Below, piece by piece: positions 19,758 through 29,255 of a stretch of DNA of 32,000 nucleotides. The DNA lies in assembly GCF_900167395.1 (NCBI RefSeq), contig NZ_FUWK01000022.1, positions 14,106 to 46,105 on the forward strand, given 5' to 3'. The notes under the pieces were generated by a model. The model was not told the DNA's origin, searched no databases, and was given only the letters and a program-made list of their open reading frames with translations. Source of the stretch: Nitrosomonas europaea. Its GTDB lineage: Bacteria > Pseudomonadota > Gammaproteobacteria > Burkholderiales > Nitrosomonadaceae. Position 1 is the stretch's first letter, and each line of letters begins with the position of its first letter. A program made the position numbers and the translations under genes.

Positions 19758-21007
19758 TAAGAGTGATGCAACTGGTACAGCCGGTTGACGAGTTCGATAA
19801 GCTGTTCACGTTCATCATCAGTCGCATGATTCAGAACAGAAGAAGGAAGATGGAGGAATTTATTGGTCAATCCACTGCTGAGTGATTCCAATACCTTTTC
19901 AGGATCTTCTCCTTTTGCCAGCAGTTTGTGTGCACGGGCCAGCTCATGTCGGCGATATCGCTCTGCCTGATTACGCAGTGCCCGAATGGTTGGGACACTT
20001 TGCCGCGTGGCAACCCAGTGCATGAAATCGACGACATTGGATTCAATAATCGTCTCAGCCTGAGTCACCGCACCCTGACGATTATCCAACCCCTCTTTGA
20101 CAATATCGGCCAGATCATCCACGTAATACAGAAACACATCATCCAATTCGGCCACTTCCGCTTCAACATCCCGCGGCACGGCCAGATCAACGATGAAAAC
20201 CGGTCGATGTTTACGCTGCTTGATCGCCCGTTCCAGCATCCCTTTTCCAAGTATCGGCAACGGACTTGCCGTAGAAGTAACGACAATATCATGCAACGCC
20301 AACTGATCCGGCAGCTCACCCAGGGAGATAGGATGAGCATTGAAGCGCCGGGCCAGCGCCTCTGCCCGCTCTACCGTGCGATTGGCAACAGTTACATGCA
20401 CAGGATGTCTGGCAACGAAATGGGCGGCACACAATTCGATCATTTCACCTGCACCGATGAACAACACTTTCTGCTCACTGATATTGCCGAAAATTCTCTC
20501 AGCCAGGCGTGCCGACGCGGCTGCCATCGAAACAGAACAAGCACCTATTTCTGTAGAAGTACGTACTTCCTTGGCGACAAAAAATGTGCGCTGAAACATT
20601 TTGTGCAACAACAGTCCCAAGGTTCCCGCCTGTTCAGCAGATTTTACGGCATTCTTCATCTGTCCCAGTATCTGCGGCTCACCCAAAACCATGGAATCCA
20701 GCCCACTGGCGACACGGAAGGCGTGCTTGACCGCCTGTTCCCGCAACAATCTGTAGAGATAAGGCTCCAGATCCCCGAACCGAAGGTGGTGAAAATCAGC
20801 CAGCCAGCCGACTGCCTTATCCGGCGTATCGGTATTACAATATATCTCAGTACGATTACACGTTGAGACAATAGCCGCCTCCTTGACGAGCTGGTGACCT
20901 ACCAGATCATGCAGCGCATGCTGCATCGACTCTTCCGAAAAAGCTACATGCTCGCGTATGTCTAAAGGTGCAGTATGATGGTTGACACCAAAAGCAAAAA
21001 GTTGCAT
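19757..21007 (-). CDS. hemA: Glutamyl-tRNA reductase
   Basis: 416 aa. N-terminus [14 protein letters not shown] and the catalytic Cys motif [14 protein letters not shown]-binding GAGEM. The hemA-prfA-prmC order is conserved. Confidence 0.95.
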   Translation of the reverse strand: MQLFAFGVNHHTAPLDIREHVAFSEESMQHALHDLVGHQLVKEAAIVSTCNRTEIYCNTDTPDKAVGWLADFHHLRFGDLEPYLYRLLREQAVKHAFRVASGLDSMVLGEPQILGQMKNAVKSAEQAGTLGLLLHKMFQRTFFVAKEVRTSTEIGACSVSMAAASARLAERIFGNISEQKVLFIGAGEMIELCAAHFVARHPVHVTVANRTVERAEALARRFNAHPISLGELPDQLALHDIVVTSTASPLPILGKGMLERAIKQRKHRPVFIVDLAVPRDVEAEVAELDDVFLYYVDDLADIVKEGLDNRQGAVTQAETIIESNVVDFMHWVATRQSVPTIRALRNQAERYRRHELARAHKLLAKGEDPEKVLESLSSGLTNKFLHLPSSVLNHATDDEREQLIELVNRLYQLHHS

Positions 21008-21140
21008 GAAAAGTATCCCGATGACGCCAATTCAAAATGGGTCAATTATAGCGGAAGTTGTACCGCCTCAATCAATGGAAGTTCCATGACCACACGCTGT
21101 ACGACATACATCTCGGCTGCTCCATCTGCGGGAATCCAGC

Positions 21141-21170
21141 TTGACACCCAGGCAGCGACATTTCTACCAT
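21141..21170 (+). promoter_or_regulatory. Candidate sigma70 promoter for ispB (TTGACA-N18-TACCAT)
   Basis: TTGACA at 21141-21146 and TACCAT at 21165-21170. An AAGGAG RBS lies at 21183-21188, ahead of the GTG at 21194. This is a sequence match only. Confidence 0.3.
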
Positions 21171-21193
21171 AGCAGTTTCTTCAAGGAGTCATT

Positions 21194-22162
21194 GTGTCAA
21201 TCGAGTCAATCAGAAATGTTATCGCCAAAGATATGGGAGAGGTTGATAATGTTATCCAGCAAAAGCTTCATTCTCAGGTTGCACTGGTCCGACAGGTAAG
21301 TGAATATATCATTCACAGCGGCGGTAAAAGACTGCGGCCGGCATTGGTCATCCTGGCTGCAGGATTGTTCGATTACAAAGGCTTGCACCATCACAACCTG
21401 GCTGCGGTCGTCGAATTCATTCACACCGCGACACTCCTGCACGATGACGTGGTGGATGAATCCGAATTACGCCGCAACCAGGCCACCGCCAATGCTTTAT
21501 TTGGCAATGCCGCTAGTGTATTAGTAGGGGATTTTCTCTACTCGCGCGCTTTTCAGATGATGGTGGAAGTAGGCAACATGCGGGTCATGGAGGTGCTGGC
21601 CGATGCGACCAATACCATCGCCGAGGGTGAAGTGCTCCAGTTACTCAACTGTCGTGATCCGGATGTGGAAGAAGAAAACTACCTACAGGTCATCCGTTTC
21701 AAAACTGCCAAACTTTTTGAAGCTGCTGCTCGATTGGGAGCGATACTGGGAGGAGCCACTCCGGCCGAAGAGGAAGCATTGGCAGCCTATGGCATGCACC
21801 TCGGTACTGCATTCCAGCTGGTGGATGATTTGCTGGATTACTCAGGGAACGATCAGGATACGGGCAAGAATCTGGGAGATGATCTGGCGGAAGGAAAACC
21901 GACCCTGCCGCTGATATTTGCCATGCGCTCAGGCATACCTGAACAGGTAGATACCGTGCGCCATGCCATTGAAACCGGTGGGAAGGATGGGTTTGAACCA
22001 ATACTCAAAATCATTCAGGAAAGTGGTGCACTCGATTACGCAAAGCAATGTGCCCAGAACGAAGCCAATATGGCCATTTCGGCAATCACTGCAATCCGTG
22101 ATTCTATCTACAAGCAATGTTTGCTAGAATTGGCAGAATTTGCAATTACAAGAAATTATTAG
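21194..22162 (+). CDS. ispB: Octaprenyl-diphosphate (long-chain polyprenyl) synthase
   Basis: 322 aa with the two Asp-rich motifs DDVVDE and DDLLD, plus GKRLRP near the N-terminus. Confidence 0.9.
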   Translation: MSIESIRNVIAKDMGEVDNVIQQKLHSQVALVRQVSEYIIHSGGKRLRPALVILAAGLFDYKGLHHHNLAAVVEFIHTATLLHDDVVDESELRRNQATANALFGNAASVLVGDFLYSRAFQMMVEVGNMRVMEVLADATNTIAEGEVLQLLNCRDPDVEEENYLQVIRFKTAKLFEAAARLGAILGGATPAEEEALAAYGMHLGTAFQLVDDLLDYSGNDQDTGKNLGDDLAEGKPTLPLIFAMRSGIPEQVDTVRHAIETGGKDGFEPILKIIQESGALDYAKQCAQNEANMAISAITAIRDSIYKQCLLELAEFAITRNY

Positions 22163-22257
22163 CAGCATTTACTGAAATTATCGGCTTTGGCTGCCACCAA
22201 TTTTAACAATACCGGATACTTTCTTGTAAACACCAATTCTCATTAAATCATTTCATT

Positions 22258-22334
22258 CGGGGTGTAGCTCAGCCTGGTAGAGTACTGCGTTCGGGACGCA
22301 GGAGCCGGAGGTTCAAATCCTCTCACCCCGACCA
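22258..22334 (+). tRNA. tRNA-Pro (anticodon CGG), CCA encoded
   Basis: Folded by hand. Acceptor stem CGGGGTG/CACCCCG, D-arm GCTC-AGCCTGGTA-GAGT, anticodon stem CTGCG/CGCAG with loop TTCGGGA, T-arm GGAGG-TTCAAAT-CCTCT, discriminator A plus CCA. Confidence 0.9.
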
Positions 22335-22905
22335 GATCATCCGGATAACCTCATATTTTCTGCTCAAGGTTTTCATATCGGCTAAAAGCCATCTGAAACA
22401 AGCAGATTCTTCCCTGAATCGCTCTTCCCCCGGTACCAGGCATCTCACAACTCCGATACGCCATCCTATGGGACACGATTATCATTCGGACCGGGAGCAA
22501 CGTGATCGCAACAGTACAGATCACGCAGGAATCAAACCAGAAGCATCTGCCGCACAAAACCTATTTTCCTGTTGCGTAAATAATGCTCTCGATCCCGGAT
22601 CTGGCGCCAATATCCGGTTTATTTCGTGCAGCAAGTTTCTACCGGTCTACCCGGAATAGCGTTACAATCTTTTTGAGAGTTTGACAAATATCAAATTATA
22701 AGGTGCTGAAGTTGTATTTGGAAACTTCTCACCCTGGCCACCTTCCGTAGACAGACGGATATGGGATCAGAGCCCGGTAAAACGACACAGAAGCTGCCGG
22801 TGGTTTATCGACGCATCCAGAATTCCCGCAATATCCGCTGAAGAAATGTCACTTTCCCGAAACAAGGTGACTGTTATCAAACCATTTGACTGGAGGATAT
22901 TGGAA

Positions 22906-23331
22906 ATGGAAATTACCTGCTATCGCGATCCTGAAATCAGACGGGAAAAACGAACCCTGCCGGCGACCACTTACAACCTGGCTATCAAGCTACTTGCTCG
23001 CTGTGAAACAAAGCAATTATTCATACCCATCCGCAGCATGCAATATATGGCCATCGTCGATGCTGAAGAGTTCGTGTTTGTCGACAGTCAACGTAAATGC
23101 TGGATCGATATTGCCTGGCAGAATTTTCACTCGCACGAACGTGAAGCACTTAATCAGCCAATAGAATATGACGCTGTCTTTTACCGGGAAGATCAGACAG
23201 ACATCATGCAGCGCCTGCAAATCGAATTTCCACTTGCTTTGAGTGCCATGATGGCGAAGCAAGCTCCCCACAAACTGGCGAAGGTAATCTCATTCCGGCA
23301 GAAGCCTCCGGCAGAGAATCCCAAGCAGTAA
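22906..23331 (+). CDS. Hypothetical protein, no recognisable domain
   Basis: 141 aa from the ATG at 22906, preceded by GGAGGA at 8-nt spacing. The ORF-track start at 22846 has no RBS. There is no competing ORF, and I recognise no motifs. Confidence 0.55.
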   Translation: MEITCYRDPEIRREKRTLPATTYNLAIKLLARCETKQLFIPIRSMQYMAIVDAEEFVFVDSQRKCWIDIAWQNFHSHEREALNQPIEYDAVFYREDQTDIMQRLQIEFPLALSAMMAKQAPHKLAKVISFRQKPPAENPKQ

Positions 23332-23483
23332 CGAGAGTGAATGCAGGACAACCTCATAGAGAGGACCTGCAATTCACAAAAAGCACTCTGAGCCGATCTT
23401 ATTCAGTATAGCCGCCGGATACAGTGAGCACTCGAGCCTGTTTTTATGACAGAAATACCCGCAATGAATATATTCAGGAAAAG

Positions 23484-23509
23484 AATAAACCACCCGAAGG
23501 TGGTTTATT
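23484..23509 (-). terminator. Intrinsic terminator of the cbb operon (UUCG tetraloop hairpin)
   Basis: The minus-strand transcript reads AAUAAACCACC-UUCG-GGUGGUUUAUU followed by CUUUUCC. The stem is a perfect 11 bp. It lies 95 nt downstream of the last cbb-operon ORF, between convergent genes. Confidence 0.8.
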
Positions 23510-23604
23510 ACGAGGTGTCGTGCCAGTTTTTACTGGCGGAGGATAGGGTAAAGACGGGTACTACTGCCTGAATCAACCCTGATAGAACCAGAAAAATATC
23601 CTGA

Positions 23605-23907
23605 TCAGGATTCGTCGCTGAGATCAGTATCCCAGCCATTATTTTTTGCAACGGTTATTCTCTGTGAATAGAAAAAAGAATGACGTTGCTGCAATTCCGG
23701 TGGCAAGCGGCTGGGAAGATGTGCATAAGGTCCCCATGCAGCATAGACCTCCTCATAGAGATTTTGCATTTGAGACATACTCCAGCCCGTACACATCTCA
23801 CTCTCGGGTAGGATACCAAAAACCCATGCATCGATCACGATACGTCCCAACGGAGTCAACCCTCCATCCTCATCCTGATCGACTCCCGAATAAACTTGTT
23901 CGCTCAT
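23605..23907 (-). CDS. Small conserved-position protein of unknown function closing the cbb operon (CbbN-like by position and size)
   Basis: 100 aa, starting 20 nt after the cbbO stop with an AGGTAGG RBS. Same strand as cbbLSQO and upstream of the operon terminator. Acidic termini (DQDEDGG, DTDLSDES). Confidence 0.65.
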   Translation of the reverse strand: MSEQVYSGVDQDEDGGLTPLGRIVIDAWVFGILPESEMCTGWSMSQMQNLYEEVYAAWGPYAHLPSRLPPELQQRHSFFYSQRITVAKNNGWDTDLSDES

Positions 23908-23927
23908 AAACCTACCTGTAAGCAGCC

Positions 23928-26255
23928 TTAACGTGTCAACCCAGCATACAGCATTGGCAGCTTCTCTGGCAATCGCTCAACATGATCCACTACCATATAG
24001 TTTCGCATTCCAAATATCCTGGATACATATTGATCTGCACGAGGATCGAGACTCATACAATACGTCAGTATGCCTGAACGACCGGCTTCTTCTACAGCCT
24101 TCTTGGTATCGAACCGCAGATATTGCGGGTCACGCACGTCAACATCTGCCGGCTCCCCATCTGTAATCACGAGCAACAGCTTCTTGGCAGCACGCTGCAG
24201 TTTCAGGAAGTGGCTTGCATGACGTATGGCCGCCCCCATGCGCGTAGAAAGCTGACCGGTCATCCCCGCCAGCCTCATTTTGGGAACTTCATTGTAAGGC
24301 TGGTCAAAATCCTTGAACCGGTAGTATTCGACGTCATGCCGGCCATCTGAACAGAAACCATGTATCGCGAAAGGATCACCAATCCGGTTAATGGCATCTG
24401 CCAGTAACACGGTAGCCTGCCTGGTCAGATCCAGTACCGTAAACTCCTGGCCATTTACCTGATTATTGGTGGATTCTGACAAATCCAGCAGTACCATTAC
24501 CGATATATCTCTTACCTTGCGTACCGCACGCATCATGACACGCGGATCCGGATGCTGTCCCATACGGATATCAACGAGCGAAGAAATCGCCGCATTGATA
24601 TCGATTTCATCACCATCTTCCAGTTTACGAATCCTTTGCACCCCTTGCGGCTGCATTGCATCCAGCAGGAATTTCATGCGATGAATTTCCCGTTTATATT
24701 GGGCAGCAATCTCATCGATGATCTGAATATCTCCCGGCTTGGCACGCTTTTCCTGAACAGTTGACCATGCTGGTCGCTCCAGCTGAATCTGGTAGTCCCA
24801 CTCCGCATAGTGGAAAGGTGAAGCAACCGGCTCTTTTCCTTCCAGCGTGTTGTAGGAAACGCCATAATCTTCGTAAGGAAACAATTCTGTTCCCAGCACC
24901 CATATTTCCTGGGCATCATCCCCGGCGGTCTCGACATCGAGCTCGTTAATGAATTCCATGACACTCACATGCTTGCGCACTTGTTTGAGTGGTTCATAAC
25001 CGGCGGCAATGGATCGCTCGAAATCAAATTCCTCGAACTCCCAGAAATAGCGGTTATCATCCCGGTAAAGTGCTGTCAGCACATCCGTTCTTGGGTTGAA
25101 CGGTATCTTCTTTGCCATGATTTCATGAGCAAGCTGCACCCCGATATCCCAGCATATCTGATTATCAGTCAAACGATCCTGCACTTGGGAAAACAGCAAC
25201 CGTCCCTGAATCACCCATTCATCCGGATCGCTGTAATCGGGATCAATCAAGGCACGCGCAAGTCGATTGAGATAATCGCCTATCGTCGTATTCATGTCAG
25301 CTGTTGCGATATGCAATGCCGACCAGGTATGTTGCAACCCCGGAAAACGACGAATGGACAAGGCTTCCACCCGCGCATCCTCAATCACTGAAATGACTGC
25401 CATCTGTAACGGATTCAGCGACTCGGCAGAGATCGGTTTTTTTGTTTCCACCAGATGTGCTGCTGCATGCGCAGCCGCTGCACGATAAACTTCACTGGCA
25501 GCAATATCACCGTAATTATCATAGGCATCAGGCAGATGGATGATGTAATCCTCGATGAACGGACGATAGCCTTCACGATTCTCAAAGTCACCTGATGTTG
25601 GCCGCATATAAAAATCACGCGCCCATAACGCACGCAGATAAATATTGATACGCCGCTGAATATCAACGAACAGTGTTCCCTTACGCTCCTTTCTGAGTAC
25701 TGCATGGGATTCTTTGGAACTCAAACTGAAATACTGAAGTTGTGCTTCGTAATCCGTCCGGTGAGCATGCGCGCCCCATAACGCCCAGCGCCGCAACCCC
25801 CCCAGAGTAAGCTGGCTGAACAGCACCTCGAGGTTATCCAGCATAGGACGGACCCCCCTGGGAGCCTGCGCTGTAAATGTATTCAGAAATTGCAGGTAAT
25901 TGCGGAACAACTCCGGATCGCCCAGTCTGCTGGCGGCTGTAACAGAGGTAGCAATGATTATTTCTATCACAGCACCCGAAGTTTTGGATGACAACATCAG
26001 ACAGGTCGTTGCCAGATCACTGACAACATCGTCACCGACTTCTTTTACTACCAGAGGAATCTCATTGATCCAGACATCCACCAAAGTACGACCGCGCCCA
26101 AGCCCCTGCAGAGCAGAAGCACCCTTCAAATAATTATCTATCCCGCGCGGAGAAAGCGTCCTGATCGCATCAGACCAGGTATTCTCAAGCAATGACCTGG
26201 ACTCGGCCTGCAGTGATTCCAGCAATTCACTATAATCTGTCAGATTCAAACTCAT
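23928..26255 (-). CDS. cbbO: RuBisCO activase adaptor subunit CbbO (C-terminal von Willebrand factor A domain)
   Basis: 775 aa. C-terminal VWA domain with MIDAS DxSxS (LLDLSESTN) and LLVITDGEP. It sits immediately downstream of cbbQ in the RuBisCO operon. Confidence 0.9.
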   Translation of the reverse strand: MSLNLTDYSELLESLQAESRSLLENTWSDAIRTLSPRGIDNYLKGASALQGLGRGRTLVDVWINEIPLVVKEVGDDVVSDLATTCLMLSSKTSGAVIEIIIATSVTAASRLGDPELFRNYLQFLNTFTAQAPRGVRPMLDNLEVLFSQLTLGGLRRWALWGAHAHRTDYEAQLQYFSLSSKESHAVLRKERKGTLFVDIQRRINIYLRALWARDFYMRPTSGDFENREGYRPFIEDYIIHLPDAYDNYGDIAASEVYRAAAAHAAAHLVETKKPISAESLNPLQMAVISVIEDARVEALSIRRFPGLQHTWSALHIATADMNTTIGDYLNRLARALIDPDYSDPDEWVIQGRLLFSQVQDRLTDNQICWDIGVQLAHEIMAKKIPFNPRTDVLTALYRDDNRYFWEFEEFDFERSIAAGYEPLKQVRKHVSVMEFINELDVETAGDDAQEIWVLGTELFPYEDYGVSYNTLEGKEPVASPFHYAEWDYQIQLERPAWSTVQEKRAKPGDIQIIDEIAAQYKREIHRMKFLLDAMQPQGVQRIRKLEDGDEIDINAAISSLVDIRMGQHPDPRVMMRAVRKVRDISVMVLLDLSESTNNQVNGQEFTVLDLTRQATVLLADAINRIGDPFAIHGFCSDGRHDVEYYRFKDFDQPYNEVPKMRLAGMTGQLSTRMGAAIRHASHFLKLQRAAKKLLLVITDGEPADVDVRDPQYLRFDTKKAVEEAGRSGILTYCMSLDPRADQYVSRIFGMRNYMVVDHVERLPEKLPMLYAGLTR

Positions 26256-26296
26256 GGTGCACCCTGAAGAAAGTTAATACCGGATAAGTTAAATTC

Positions 26297-27100
26297 TCAG
26301 AAAAAAGTCGTTACCGCAGCATCGAGTGCATCACGCATATCCGGATCGTCAGTAATCGGACGAACCAGCGCCATACGACAAGCTGCATGAACATCTACAC
26401 CTTTGGCGATCAGGTTACCGGCATAGATCAGCATACGTGTTGAAATTCCTTCATCCAGCCCATGACCTTTAAGATTACGCGCCCGCTCTGCAATGGAAAC
26501 CAGTTTGTCAGCGATTGCCGAGTCTATCCCCGTCTCATGCGAAACGATCTCGGTTTCAATATCATGCTGAGGATAGTTGAAGTCCAGTGCACCAAAACGC
26601 TGCTTGGTGGACTGCTTCAGATCTTTCATCAGGCTCTGATAACCCGGATTGTATGAAATCACCAGTTGAAAATCGGGGTGCGCGCCAACCAGTTCCCCTT
26701 TCTTTTCCAGCGGCAGAACTCTGCGATTATCCGTCAGCGGGTGAATCACCACGGTTGTATCCTGCCGCGCTTCGACCACCTCATCCAGATAACAGATTGC
26801 GCCATAACGCGCAGCGGTGGTCAATGGGCCATCCTGCCAGCGGGTGCCTTGTGCATCAAGCAGAAACCGACCGACTAGATCAGAAGCCGTCATATCTTCG
26901 TTGCATGCTACGGTAATCAATGGTTTGCCCAGTTTCCATGCCATGTACTCGACAAAGCGAGTTTTTCCGCATCCGGTAGGGCCTTTCAGCATCATGGGCA
27001 TACGAACAGAATAGGCTGCTTCGTACAGTTTCACCTCATCCGCAACCGGACGGTAATATGGCTCATTCTTAACGAAATACTGCTCGATAACATCGCTCAT
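26297..27100 (-). CDS. cbbQ: RuBisCO activase AAA+ (MoxR-class) ATPase CbbQ
   Basis: 267 aa with Walker A GPTGCGKT and Walker B ICYLDEV. The size and operon context match CbbQ/NorQ-type ATPases. Confidence 0.9.
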   Translation of the reverse strand: MSDVIEQYFVKNEPYYRPVADEVKLYEAAYSVRMPMMLKGPTGCGKTRFVEYMAWKLGKPLITVACNEDMTASDLVGRFLLDAQGTRWQDGPLTTAARYGAICYLDEVVEARQDTTVVIHPLTDNRRVLPLEKKGELVGAHPDFQLVISYNPGYQSLMKDLKQSTKQRFGALDFNYPQHDIETEIVSHETGIDSAIADKLVSIAERARNLKGHGLDEGISTRMLIYAGNLIAKGVDVHAACRMALVRPITDDPDMRDALDAAVTTFF

Positions 27101-27145
27101 TTTTTCTCCCGCTAAAGTACGATTTATTTAGTTATTAGGCAAAGT

Positions 27146-27179
27146 AAACCCCCCGCCACCTTGCAGCAACGGGGGGTTT
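27146..27179 (-). terminator. Intra-operon hairpin/attenuator between cbbS and cbbQ
   Basis: AAACCCCCCG-N14-CGGGGGGTTT forms a perfect 10-bp stem (7 G:C pairs). On the minus-strand transcript it is followed by UUUACUUUG. It lies in the 119-nt cbbS-cbbQ spacer. Confidence 0.65.
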
Positions 27180-27219
27180 GTTATCCAAAAAATCCCTTAC
27201 TGCGTACTCAGATTGATTA

Positions 27220-27576
27220 TCAGACTGTTTTTCCGCGGTAAATCACCATTGCGGTTCCCTGACTCTGGTTAAAATTGTTATAACCTATCAAGCGCACATG
27301 ATTGTTGGGATTGGCCTTATGGCAAGCCTCAGCTTCGGCAAGGATACGATCTACATCAGTTTCCCCGAACATTGGCAACTTCCACATATACCAGTAATTA
27401 CTCATCAGAAACTCCGGTTCAGTGTGCTCAACAGCCGGATTCCAACCTTTTTTCACTATATATTCAACCTGTTTTCTGATCTGATCCTGATCCAGGGATG
27501 GCAGATAGGAAAACGTTTCAAACTTACGGCTGCCCGGATCGCTCAAACGACTTTTGTAATCAATTACTTCTGACAT
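27220..27576 (-). CDS. cbbS: RuBisCO small subunit (form I)
   Basis: 118 aa with F.YLP..........Q..Y....GW.P..E and YW.MWKLPMF motifs. It starts 63 nt downstream of cbbL and has a GGAG RBS. Confidence 0.95.
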   Translation of the reverse strand: MSEVIDYKSRLSDPGSRKFETFSYLPSLDQDQIRKQVEYIVKKGWNPAVEHTEPEFLMSNYWYMWKLPMFGETDVDRILAEAEACHKANPNNHVRLIGYNNFNQSQGTAMVIYRGKTV

Positions 27577-27639
27577 GCATTAACTCCATATAGGTAATTA
27601 TCCCCCCCGATGTATTTACACACGAGGAGGTCGTTGGTT

Positions 27640-29061
27640 TTACTTGTGAGCTACATCCAGTTTATCTACAGTATCAAACTCAAATTTGATTTCTTTCCAT
27701 GTTTCCATGGCAATCTTGAGTTCGGGGCTGTGTTTTGCAGCCTCTGTCAGGATGGCTTTTCCTTCTTTCTCGATTGGTACACCACGGTTGCGTGCTTCCA
27801 CACAAGCTTCCAGTGCCACACGATTAGCAGCAGCACCAGCAGCGTTACCCCATGGGTGACCTAAAGTACCGCCACCAAATTGCAGACAGGCATCATCACC
27901 AAAAATGGTTACCAGTGCAGGCATGTGCCAGACATGAATACCACCAGAAGCGACAGGTACGACGCCCGGCATGGAGCCCCAATCCTGGTCAAACATGATG
28001 CCACGTGAGCGATCTTCCTTGATGAAGCTGTCACGCATGATATCAATCCAGCCCAGTGTTGCTTCACGATCCCCTTCCAACTTACCGACCACGGTACCTG
28101 AGTGGAGGTGGTCACCACCAGACAGACGCAACATTTTTGCGAGAACACGGAAATGGATACCATGATGAGGATTACGGTCGATTACCGCGTGCATTGCACG
28201 GTGAATGTGCAACAGAATGCCGTTATCTCGACACCAGTTAGCCAAGCCAGTATTGGCACAAAATCCACCCGCAATATAGTCATGCATGATGATAGGCGCT
28301 TTGAGCTCTTTGGCATATTCAGCACGTTTAAACATTTCTTCCGGAGTCGGTGCAGTTACGTTCAGATAATGACCTTTACGCTCACCGGTTTCACGTTCTG
28401 CCTTATGGATTGCTTCCATGACAAAGTCAAAACGCTGACGCCATCTCATGAATGGTTGGCTGTTGACGTTTTCATCATCTTTTGTGAAGTCAAGACCACC
28501 ACGCAGACATTCATATACGGCACGGCCATAGTTCTTGGCGGATAAACCCAGTTTCGGTTTGATGGTGCATCCCAGATAAGCGCGACCATACTTATTGAGA
28601 ATATCGCGTTCAACCTGAATACCATTAGGTGGACCACCACAGGTTTTCACATAAGCTATCGGGAAGCGAACGTCTTCCAGACGTAACGATCTGACAGCCT
28701 TGAATCCAAACACATTACCAGTCAGGGAAGTCAGTACGTTAACCACTGATCCTTCTTCAAACAGATCGATTGGATAAGCAATGAATGCATAAAAACTACT
28801 GTCATCACCAGGAACATCCTCAATGCGATACGAACGGCCTTTGTAATAATCCAGATCTGTCAGCAGATCGGTCCAAACCGTAGTCCAGGTTCCGGTTGAG
28901 GATTCTGCCGCTACAGCAGCTGCTGCTTCCTCACGATCCACACCAGGTTGCGGTACGATTTTGAAGCAAGCCAGAATATCCGTATCTTGAACGTTGTAAT
29001 GGGGTTCCCAGTAGGTGTGCCGGTATTCTTTAACACCAGCGTTATAAGTCTTTGCTGACAT
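27640..29061 (-). CDS. cbbL: RuBisCO large subunit, form IA (green-like)
   Basis: 473 aa. N-terminus [12 protein letters not shown], the carbamylation-site motif [11 protein letters not shown], and [11 protein letters not shown] and [12 protein letters not shown] motifs. AAGGAG RBS upstream. Confidence 0.97.
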   Translation of the reverse strand: MSAKTYNAGVKEYRHTYWEPHYNVQDTDILACFKIVPQPGVDREEAAAAVAAESSTGTWTTVWTDLLTDLDYYKGRSYRIEDVPGDDSSFYAFIAYPIDLFEEGSVVNVLTSLTGNVFGFKAVRSLRLEDVRFPIAYVKTCGGPPNGIQVERDILNKYGRAYLGCTIKPKLGLSAKNYGRAVYECLRGGLDFTKDDENVNSQPFMRWRQRFDFVMEAIHKAERETGERKGHYLNVTAPTPEEMFKRAEYAKELKAPIIMHDYIAGGFCANTGLANWCRDNGILLHIHRAMHAVIDRNPHHGIHFRVLAKMLRLSGGDHLHSGTVVGKLEGDREATLGWIDIMRDSFIKEDRSRGIMFDQDWGSMPGVVPVASGGIHVWHMPALVTIFGDDACLQFGGGTLGHPWGNAAGAAANRVALEACVEARNRGVPIEKEGKAILTEAAKHSPELKIAMETWKEIKFEFDTVDKLDVAHK

Positions 29062-29255
29062 TTACGTAATCTCCTTGTTAAATTCCCGCCTCATCACCAG
29101 AAACCAAGGCAGGCATACAGCGTTAAAAAATCAATCTAAACTGCGGAAACAACTATATCACGACAAAAATCATAAGTTAAAATTAATAATTATAATAGTT
29201 ACTATATAATAGAGTTTATACACATCCATATATCTGATTACGTATCGACTTCATT
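29062..29255. promoter_or_regulatory. Divergent cbbR-cbbL control region with LysR-type sites
   Basis: 194-nt AT-rich spacer between divergent cbbL and cbbR. TAA-N7-TTA (the TNA-N7-TNA CbbR-type motif) at 29173-29185. ATTATA-N10-TATAAT inverted repeat at 29189-29210. Site assignment is by motif only. Confidence 0.55.

Noticed and set aside
19928-20866. 312-aa ORF on the plus strand inside hemA
   Set aside because: This is the same mirror-frame situation: 19757 and 19928 are both 2 mod 3. hemA on the minus strand is unambiguous from its motifs.
23598-23611. Perfect 14-bp palindrome ATCCTGATCAGGAT overlapping the stop codon of the cbbN-like ORF
   Set aside because: It has no loop, so it cannot form an RNA hairpin. 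It is a single occurrence and is likely chance or a restriction-type site.
23928-27100. MoxR-class AAA+ ATPase plus VWA protein pair, a combination also seen in some defence and stress modules
   Set aside because: The pair sits inside the cbbL-cbbS operon with the size and motifs of CbbQ/CbbO. This is the established RuBisCO activase, not a new system.
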